A stretch of DNA of 57,336 nt, counting the filler, from Sphacelaria rigidula (Eukaryota), in assembly GCA_964200075.2 (NCBI GenBank). It is 8 parts of 8 records of this genome, joined end to end, with 100 filler letters (N's around TTAATTAATTAA, not from the genome) between each part and the next. Parts side by side here need not be neighbours in the genome. Positions count along the whole stretch, not along the records: positions 43,079 to 50,157 come from CAXNAA020016597.1; positions 50,258 to 57,336 come from CAXNAA020016598.1; 6 more parts are not named here. One strand, given 5' to 3'. The notes under the pieces are model-generated. The model made no database searches, was not told the DNA's origin, and worked only from the letters and a program-made list of their open reading frames with translations. Shown in pieces: positions 48,526 through 57,336 of this stretch. A program made the translations under genes and the position numbers. Each line of letters starts with the position of its first letter. The first letter of the stretch is position 1.

Positions 48526-48783
48526 TGTAATCCAATGATATCAAGCCGTAGGCTTCATTATAATCGTATGCACGGTTGGAGCAGTGGCGGGGGACAGGGG
48601 ATCCTGGATTGATGGCCCTTTTCTGTGTGGCCCCTTGCTGTCTGGCTCGTGATGTGAGGTGATGAGGATCACTCCGTGATAATAACAAGTTAGAAGAAAG
48701 GACTTGTCGAGCACGAGGCCAGTGATGCTGGAGGAGTCCTTCGTTGAAAGTTCTCTTGTCCAGATCGTCTGGCAGAGGCTATA
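48526..48783 (+). repeat. 3' LTR
   Basis: TGTAAT...GCTATA followed by GGAC. Confidence 0.92.
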
Positions 48784-49316
48784 GGACATATATATATATA
48801 TATATATATGTGTATTCTCACATGTTGTGGTGTATGATGCGTATGTTTTTAATACGTATCTCTCGCAGGATTTCGGTGAATGGTGGTGGTGGGAACGGCC
48901 TGGATGAGGATCACCCACGGAAGCCGGATTCTACGTGTTTCCCCGGATGATGTGGTGGGGTAGGGGTAGCGCGAGGGGAGAATGAACGCAATATAGACCC
49001 TCGTCGGCGTGGCAGCAGCAGTGCTGGCAATGATTCGGGTACCAGTGGTGGTGGTGATGAAATATACGACAGTGATATTAGTATTTGAAAAAGGATGTAT
49101 CAGTGTGGACCGATGACCTGTGCCAATGAACATACGTACTTGATTATTCTCCATGACACGAGGTACCCACCCCCCCCTTTTTAGGATCGAGGAGACCCGT
49201 ATCCACGTTGATGTTTCTGGCGCAACATCGAGTTTGGCGAGAACGACTTCGCGGACTGACTCCAACCAAAGCTCTGACTTACAAGTCTACGTCGATGACT
49301 TTTTGCTTACCCCCCC

Positions 49317-49620
49317 TTTTTTTTGTCGCACTTTGAACCCCTACCCTTCCTCGGGACGAGTCCGTGGTCTCAAGGGATCAACCCATCTCTCCCTGGTACA
49401 CACCTCACATTCTGGTCTCGCGGGTTGGGTCAGCACTCCCGCACCGCGTCAACTCACGTCAAACAAACTCAGTCGGCTAGTTTGTTCACTCACGTTCCCA
49501 CGTTTTCCACGGTGGAAATCAGATATTACTAAGAAACAACCCAACGCATGGGGAATCGAACCGTCGTTCTCTCCACCCTAATGGCGACAGTCAGACTATC
49601 ACACCACCGGGGCGCGACGG
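49317..49620 (-). mobile_element. Near-complete tRNA-derived SINE (~300 bp)
   Basis: Minus strand CCCGGTGGTGTGATAG (A-box-like), GGTTCGATTCC (B box), tail matching 20935-20990, then an A run. Confidence 0.75.
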
Positions 49621-50099
49621 ACAAGGCCTGGTTCATCAATATGCGGGTCATTGTCTCCTGTCGGGTTTCATTTCATCGCAAGCAGGTCGATGAGTCGCAT
49701 GGCTCGTGTGCTGCTCCTCTGAACTGCCCGACGTGCATTTTGTTCACAAATCTATATGTTTGATGAAAGCATTACAACCAGCAGCCACCATTATCAAGCA
49801 GGCTTACTCACACGAAATCCCTATCGTCAAGCATTCTAGCTACCGGCGGGTGGTCGTCGAATCTGGTCAGTGACTCCAAAAATTCACACTTCCCGATTCT
49901 TCTGTACAACAAAGTGTTTTATGGATATAACTCACGAAAATCTTGTGATTACTTAGCGGGCACCCTTACATATCCTTCTCGTCCACTTCACAAGGGAAAT
50001 TTCCCTGTATATTTCCATCAATCATGTAGACACGGAGTTCATTTTTACCCGCCGCGCGAATGCGTGTAAGTGATGCTACGGTGAGGGGGGGGGGGGCAC

Positions 50100-50157
50100 G
50101 TACTCATTCGTTGCTTGCCTTAGTCATTTGACCATTGACCACGCATCCCTTTCGAGA
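50100..50157 (-). mobile_element. LINE 3' end at contig end
   Basis: G run, then GTACTCATTCGTTGCTTGCCTTAGTCATTTGACCATTGACCACGCATCCC. Confidence 0.88.
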
Positions 50158-50257
50158 NNNNNNNNNNNNNNNNNNNNNNNNNNNNNNNNNNNNNNNNNNN
50201 NTTAATTAATTAANNNNNNNNNNNNNNNNNNNNNNNNNNNNNNNNNNNNNNNNNNNN
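50158..50257. other. Artificial contig spacer
   Basis: Same N44-TTAATTAATTAA-N44 structure. Confidence 0.97.
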
Positions 50258-50317
50258 GGCATTGTAGGGATGCGAGGTCAATGGTCTGATGACTATGGCA
50301 TGCATGATCATGAGTAC
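50258..50317 (+). mobile_element. Family B retroposon 3' end at contig start
   Basis: GGGATGCGAGGTCAATGGTCTGATGACTATGGCATGCATGATCATGAGTAC + ACCCCCTCCCGCCC. Confidence 0.78.
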
Positions 50318-52508
50318 ACCCCCTCCCGCCCAGGTATGCATGTCACGCAAAACTGCATCCTCGAGTTGGAACTCTATAGTTGATTCCAGGCCAAAGTTCT
50401 TCACAAACGGGCTTGAGTACAGAGAGACCGAAAAAGGTGTTCTGTGCGGGACTTCGGTCGCAGCGTATCCTTGTTGGCTTTCCGTTTTTCCCTGTACCTG
50501 TCGGTGGGTAGTGCAGGCCACTTATTTTTTGTTCACCAGCGGATCGTCATGAGCGCCTGTAAAGTGGACGGTACGATATTATCGCGGTGCTTCGGGTACG
50601 GCTATGTCTTGCAGTTGTTTGATGTTCAAGGGTCGTGGCGTTGGCTCATCCATGGCCGTTACACCCTGCATGTCTTACGGCTCACATGTGCGCTTACGGG
50701 TGATGCTGTGTTGGCCTGTTTTTTGTTTGTTGTTCACAAAGCCAGATCCATGAAGGAGGAGGGGGAGTAGGGCACGCACACTCCATCAATATATCTCATC
50801 ATTGGTTGATCTTACATTAGGGGTAAAATAATATTGCCTGCAAAACAGGAGTATCTGAGTGAGTTCTGCGCACACTCTTAACACTGCGAGCTTCGCCTCG
50901 GAACAGTTTCGCCTGCTGGTAATCCAGGGACATCCAGGGGTTTCCTGTGGGCAGGTTTTTTTTTTTGGGGGGGGTAGGGGGGGGATACCTGTCCCCAACA
51001 CAACGGGAAGGATCACAAACGTAACCGTGTCTGTGTGGACGTTGCCAAAGGGAAAATAGAAGTGGGGCACCAATTCCGGAGATGCGGAAGCGACCATGTT
51101 GACTGCGTTAAAAAAAGTCAATTTGATCACCTTGTTCCCCTACAGAACAACTACAGAACTACGCCGCAGCCTGGCCTCATTCGCCTATTTGGGTAACGAC
51201 CAGTTAACCATCGAAAACCCCAAGCAATAAGAGACGGGTTTTGTTCAGTTCGTCGTCTTCGCGCTCTGCCTGGCTCCTGTTGTGCTGTCAAGGTAGCTGC
51301 ACACTGTAGTGTCTGTTGTGCAACACTACGCAAAGATAGAAACAGCGTGCAGAAGATTGTGTTGAGTGTAGAGCGAGGACATGCTGATTGTTTCATACCC
51401 TTGTATTCGGCCGTCATTGATGGAAAACGGTTTCGTGACGATATATAAGCGGCAGCGGAAGCAGCAGCACCACCAGGTGCAGACCGCAATTCAATTAGAG
51501 TTGACACAATGTGATTGGTGTACAAGATCGAAACGCGCTCGAGGTATACCGGCACACTGCGAATGAAGACTACATGAAGAAAGATGATGATGCATGCTTT
51601 GCGTATATCGTAGTAGTGAGTTGTGGCGGCTGCCTGCGTACACCACTTCCAAAACATGAAAATGTGTACCCCCACGAAAACAGTCCCAGCGAAGGCAGTC
51701 ATACCGGACACGCTTCACTTGCGGCTCATAACCAGATCTTCGGCACTACTTTTTGCACGGATGCTCAAGATGCACACATGCTCGCGTAGCAACTCGTCTT
51801 GTCTTCCAAAAAAGCAGCGTTTCTGAAGCCCCAAATGTGGGGGAGTGGCGGCCTGAGGGGTCAGCGGGAATATTCGTCTTGTTAAAAGCGAGAGAGCACA
51901 CGTGTTGTTAGGGTGAACACTGCTTGAAAGGCCTCGAGCGGTTTCTTCTTGCTTCAAGCAACGCGTTGAAGTCAGGCGGTGGCTCCACCCCCTTTACAGG
52001 ATAAGGGTATGGTAGGGACGGTAGTAGTGGAGTCAACCAGGGTTCGGATTCAGGTCGCAGTCTTGTGTGGGAAAAGGGGTTGATGGCGTTGCGGCGGAAC
52101 TTGTGCGAGGAGCTGTCATGTAAAGCAAAGCTCTAATATGTGTGTGGGTTGCCTTTATTTGCTTTAGAGCGAAAATGTTCTCTGTTTCTCTGCTTGCAAT
52201 GTCGCATACGTCACATGGAACAATTGTACAGGAGAACAAGATACAGATTGTCAACAGTAGCCAATACATGGCGCTGTAGTTGTGTATGCACGCTATAGCC
52301 ACAGCGTCCGTCCCCTTAGGGTGGGTAGGCCACAGATCCAGCTCATGATCGAGCAGCAGGAAGATTTTTCACTTTAACGAGGTACTGTAGTACAAATCTT
52401 CAACTCAAGGACAACATCAATCTTCTTCTATGTAGCACGCACGAATGTCATGTTCTTCAACTGTGAGATGGCGAAGGGGTGAAAAATCAGTGACCCCCCC
52501 TCCCCTCG

Positions 52509-54040
52509 AAGGGAAGAAGGTGCTATGATGCTAGATGGGGAAATATCGAATTATTTTGATGTTTCACAAGAGCTTGCATGAGGATGTACGTCATCACCCA
52601 CTTTGCTCAAGGTATTTATTGATAACTTGATATTTAGAAAGCAGCAAAGCAAGGGGTCAAGGTGTGTGAAGATATGGCATCAGGATCGATGCTCGCGGAT
52701 GATTTTGTGGGGATTTCAGAAACACCAGAAGGATTACAGAAACAGATGGACAAAGCGCTAGAATACACTAGGAAATGGAGTGTGACAGCGAATGTCAACA
52801 AATGCGCGGTACTCGTCTGTAACGAAGATGTGCAAAATTCGGTAGAGACCAAATAGAGGTGGGGAGAAGAGGAACTGCCGATTGTAGACATACCTTGGCG
52901 TAGAGATCTCAAGAAACTGTTCTTGGGATGCACACATGAAAAAAGTAATAGAAAAGGGTAAGGCACAGATAGGAAGGATGGGCTTGATCCTCAGAGACTC
53001 GCACCTAGATACTAGGATATATATATATATATATATATATATATCCTGATGAACGTGATCGGACCAAAGCTGGAATATGCAGCAGAAGTATGGAAAGGGA
53101 ACGTGAAGTTGGTGAAGAGGTTGGAAACAGTACAGATGGCAGAAGCTAAGAAGATACTTGGATGCTCGAAACAACGCGTAGTACAGCACTGAGAGCAGAG
53201 TTGGGAATGTATTCACTTGAAACAAACAGAGGTATGAGGAAATCGAAATGACAATATAGCGTTAAGAACATGCATAGGAAGACATTCTCAGCTATAGTTG
53301 ATGAGGCTGCATGGAAGAAAATGACGAAGGGGCGGGCTGGAATAAGGTGGGATAAAGAAGTCGAGAAAATATGGAAGAAGTTCCGAGGAAACCAAGACGA
53401 AACACTATCCATAGGTGAAGGCGCGGGGTACGAGACAAAGGTGAGAGACACGATCGTAATAAGGGGAAAAGCAGCGCTCAGGCGTAAAGTAGAGGAGGAA
53501 AACAACTAGAGATATACGGGGGGTTGAGAGAAAGGGTTAGGATGAAAACATATTTGCATGGCCTCATGGACGCGGCGACGAATCTGAACCTGCGATTTCG
53601 GGTGGGGGAGCTGGACCAGCCAGAAAGAAGAAATAGATTCGCCAGTCGTCGAGAGGAGGGGGAGGTAAATGCACAGAATTGCCCCTGTGGCGAAGCAATA
53701 GAGAGCAGAAGTCATATAGTGGCGGAATGTGAACAATACAAGGAGGAACGGGACGTGCTAGAGGGGGAAATGCAGGACGTGAACAAAAGTGGCATAAGAT
53801 CGTTTGATGCATTAGACAGTAGGGAGAAAACGATGGCTATACTAAGAGATATATGGTGGCCACAGACGGTGAAACGGGACGGGGATAAGATATGTAAATG
53901 TTTTTTGTGCAATGTATGGAAGAAACGTAATGAGCACCGAGATGTTGCAGGTGTCTCCATTAGGAGTAGGAACGATGCTCCGTTTCGAAAGGGATGCGTG
54001 ATCAATGGCCAAACGACTAAGGCAATCAACAAATGAGTAC
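52509..54040 (+). mobile_element. 5'-truncated LINE: RT 3' half + CCHC C-terminal domain
   Basis: *GCTSSPTLL, MLADDFVGISETPEGLQ, YLGV, PKLEYAAEVW, CPCGEAIESRSHIVAEC; ORF stop lies inside the terminal ATGAGTAC; C-rich flanks on both sides. Confidence 0.93.
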
Positions 54041-54801
54041 CTCCCCCTCGCCCCTACTGAGGTATAGCTTGTGTCCTCCCACCGCGGGACTCCTGTAGAG
54101 TTGGCAACCCGCTTTGACTCACACGAGCTTTTGCGACTCATGATATATACAGATCGGCGCCGAAATGTTCTTTCCCTTGCAGTATGTGCAGTATGTGCAG
54201 TATGTACAAGGCATGGGCAGAAGAAGATTCGTTTTGTCGCCTCCGGCCCCTGTACGGTACAGAGTCGAACGATTTCGGGTTTATGGCGGGTTCCGGTGGA
54301 AGTGGTCGTTATGGGCGATGTTTCATCAGCGTAACGACCAAGACTGGTCAATGGTAAAGGATACTTGTAAATTGCTGCTTTACACAACTTTGTAGGACTA
54401 TACCAAGACAGGGTACAATAAAAGACAAGCCAGAATCGGAACATTGCGACAAGAGACTGTGATGTCCTCGGAAAGCAGAGGCATATACCCCCTGCCGCTC
54501 TGGGCCCGTTTGAGGTATTGAACAGCTTGGCTGGGCTTTCCGTAAGTTGGGTAGTCCTCAGCACCATTTCCATAGTAGGGTGGGACACGCACTGCGTGTC
54601 CTCGGCATAACGACGGGTGTGACGACGAGGTCACGCCTTCTTGCGCTGCGCAACATAACTCGCTGACCGCTGTAACCCAAAAAGGTCAAATGCGACTTCC
54701 TGTACCTGTTTTGCAGCCGATGAATGTATATATTACAGACATGCATGCCACGTGAATCCGTCCTCCGACCACTTCCCCTGCCTACCTCAACAATGAATTA
54801 G

Positions 54802-54926
54802 GCTCTTCCCGAAGGAACGTTTGGCAGAAGGTACTTCAGCTTCATGGATGGGAACAACTTCTCCCCGGATAGCCGGAGCCCCGTGCATTTCGTTGACGAT
54901 CCCGATTTGGCGTACGTCATGCGAAG
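54802..54926 (+). CDS. COQ4: Internal exon of ubiquinone biosynthesis protein COQ4
   Basis: TAG acceptor at 54801, AG|GTGCGT donor; encodes ALPEGTFGRRYFSFMDGNNFSPDSRSPVHFVDDPDLAYVMR, which aligns with the recalled COQ4 segment LPEGSLGREY..FL....SPD.R.P..FVDDEELAYV. Confidence 0.9.
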
Positions 54927-55269
54927 GTGCGTGCATCAACAGAGTCACCATTTGAACACAACGAGTGCTGTATTGTACAGTAGGTATGTTGAGGAGCAGC
55001 ATGTCACCCCGGATTTCGAAACGCATATTGCAGGCTCCTTTTCGTACGCGTACTGTAAATGAGCGAGACCGTGCGCTGCCATAACATATGTCCTACTTTC
55101 CCCCCGACATGCGTCTACTGTACGGGGCATCTTAAGCAACGTAATGCTCGGAGGTGTCGTCACCGCAGTTCCACGAGGAACTCGTCGTTGGGTTTTTCAC
55201 CGCTCCGTGTGGGATCCGCCGTGACCAATACTCTACTCAGCGAAGGGGAAAGACGAAGCCACGAACACC

Positions 55270-55890
55270 CAAGGTGGAATGAAATCGTTTGATGCATTAG
55301 ACAGTAGTAAGAAAACGATGGTTCTAGCAGGAGATAGATGGTGGCCACAGACGGCGAAACAGGACGGGGATAAGATGTGTAAAAGATTTTTGTGTCATGT
55401 ATGGAAGAAACGTAATGAGCGTCGGAATATTAGAGTTGTCTCTATTAGGAGTGGGAACGGTGCTTCGCCTCGAAAGGGATGCGTGGTCAATGGTCAAACG
55501 ACTAAGGCAAGCAACAAATGAGTACGCCCCCCCCGGAGATATACGGGTGGTTGAGAGAGGGGATAGGGATGAAAGCATATTTGCATGGCCCCATGGACGC
55601 CNNNNNNNGATGCGTGGTCAATGGTCAAACGACTAAGGCAAGCAACAAATGAGTACGCCCCTCCTCCCCACCTTCTCGGGACGTGGGAAACATGCCAATG
55701 CCAAGGACGAGCTTGCCAGCCATAGTTGATAACACTATATGAAAGAAAGTAAGGAGATTGCAGGCTGGAAGAAGGTGGAATAGCGTAGTCGAGAGATGTG
55801 GAAGGGCATTGGAGAGAACCAGGACGAAATAATGTCCATAGGTGAGTGGGGGGGATACAAGCGACCAAGGGAAGCAACAAACGAGTCTCC
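55270..55890 (+). mobile_element. Head-to-tail stack of truncated LINE 3' ends separated by C-tracts
   Basis: Termini at 55518, 55649 and 55881 each followed by C-rich runs; GDRWWPQTAKQDGDK peptide. Confidence 0.85.
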
Positions 55891-56272
55891 CTCCCCCCCC
55901 CTCCCCTTTTTGGGCTTGGTCTGGGGGAAAATCCGACGTGCTCCGTCCCGGCGTTGTAGGGATGGCACCCCTGGGAGGTTCTTGTCAGTTGGCGAAAAAA
56001 GCTGTAAATCAGGCCACGCACTGCGTAAGCTAGGCAATCAGGTCACCTTTTTTTTCGCTTGCATAATTCTTGCGGTAACCACTGGGGGCAGCGTAAAAAC
56101 AAATCTGGATACGTAGGCCCCAAGATCCAAAATTTGAGTTCCTGGGGGGGGGGGGGGGGGGGGCGGCACCCAGCCGTCCGTCCTCCGGTTAATTGCCGAA
56201 GCGTTGGCATGGGGCGGATGCGGTCAGCTGCCGTGGACAGAAGTCCTTGACAAGGGGCGTCCACACCTGAGT

Positions 56273-56601
56273 GAAGCCATCGGGACAGAGCGGGCAAGGG
56301 GCAGAAGCAAACATATAAACCCCGCGAAACCCACCAGACTTTGCGGTTTTGTGTCAGGGTTTATTGATCAACTTCTTCCAACAAAATTAACGAAAAGAAA
56401 AACAAAAACAGGAAAAATTCGAGAAAATGCCCTCCGGCATCTGAGGCCATCGGGACAGAGCGGGCAAAGAGCAGAAGCAGATACAAACCCTGCAAAGCCC
56501 ACCAGACGTTTCGGTTTTTGTCGGTGTTTATTGATCATTTTCTTGCAAAAACATGAACAGAAAAAATCAAAGTGGCGAGACCAGAAAATGAAGCAGCTCA
56601 C
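56273..56601. repeat. ~169-bp tandem duplication
   Basis: GA.GCCATCGGGACAGAGCGGGCAA...CCCACCAGAC...TTTATTGATCA at 56273 and 56442. Confidence 0.88.
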
Positions 56602-56780
56602 TGGAGGCGGTCATCCAAATGCAAGATGATTAGCACGCGTCGAGCCGGACAGTCTTAGCAGGATGAAGCTGACCCGTCACGCGACTCGCCGAAGACATCA
56701 CGCCGCTTCGCGCTTAGTGATTGATTGCGAGCCTGGTCCGGCGAAAAACCGGCGTGCTCCGTCCCGGTTTGATAGGGATG
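56600..56780 (+). mobile_element. Family B retroposon fragment
   Basis: Matches the reverse complement of 34540-34700. Confidence 0.7.
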
Positions 56781-57336
56781 CGGTACTGCGATGCACGCCG
56801 GTTTTTCGATGGGTGCTGGGACGCGCACTCCCCCACCTCCTGAAAAACATCCAATTCCGGCGGGTACTGCGACGTGGACCGATTAAGCCCTTGAATAACA
56901 TTTCTCCAGAGACGAACGAAGTCGGCCTGCCGTAGGTGCGGGTGCTCGTTTCACTCCAGCAAACTTTGCGACCGGCTCGACCGTCGAAATCGGTGTTTCG
57001 ATGGTCGACCTCAAAGCTGTCCCTCATGGGTAATCCCTTTTTCCGTCTGAGCTCTACTCAGTTCCTTGGGGCAACAGCGTAGACTTGCGTAGGTGCGTAA
57101 ACAATTCGTAAACATGTTTTGCGTTGAATAGGTGAGGACTATGGTACAGTATTTTGGCATGTGCTGCACCTTGCAAACTAGGGAAATGGAAGACGGGGAG
57201 AGATTGAGTGGTCTGCCCGGCTGTGCCATGGGACGTTGAGGCTTGTTGAATACTATTCGAGCTGGGCCAGCAGTGCATCCCGCATTTGCATCTCTAATCA
57301 TAACTTGTCAAGTTTACCAAATCAGCTCGACTCGAA

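Larger units (their letters stand above)
43785..48783 (+). mobile_element. Chromodomain-bearing Ty3/Gypsy LTR retrotransposon, internally deleted and non-functional
   Basis: 258-bp LTRs 43785-44042 and 48526-48783; TSD GGAC/GGAC; order gag-PR-RT-RH-(INT)-chromo. Confidence 0.95.

Noticed and set aside
51146-51192. Possible small exon (CAG|AACAAC...TTGG|GTAACG)
   Set aside because: Splice-like signals are present but the peptide matches neither COQ4 nor any family I recognise
19868-54926. Gene cluster of sulfatase, PDE and COQ4
   Set aside because: The exons lie on different contigs joined artificially

Overview
Eukaryotic, transposon-dense, intron-rich DNA, most likely from a brown alga (Phaeophyceae); the taxon is inferred from the retroelement families and the isolated short exons. 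The window is not a continuous locus. It is eight contigs of 7080/7079 bp, apparently sorted by length and joined by seven artificial 100-bp spacers (N44-TTAATTAATTAA-N44), so nothing can be concluded from adjacency across spacers. Host coding content is three isolated, splice-site-bounded exons: a sulfatase C-terminal exon (19868-20032, +), a class I cyclic-nucleotide phosphodiesterase exon (33194-33322, -) and a COQ4 exon (54802-54926, +). The rest is mostly TE-derived: a chromodomain Ty3/Gypsy element with both LTRs, a 4-bp TSD and a deleted integrase core (43785-48783), two further Gypsy remnants, three Copia remnants, LINEs, tRNA-derived SINEs and several MITE/foldback families. The most interesting signals are (1) a LINE and a tail-sharing partner family whose 13 observed 3' ends (ATGAGTAC) abut C-rich tracts instead of poly(A), with one apparent C-rich TSD, suggesting poly(C/G)-targeted retrotransposition; and (2) a TGT...ACA MITE with 4-5 bp TSDs (Ginger2-like) that carries TTAGGG-like repeats. 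All assignments come from reading the sequence by eye; no database searches were run.
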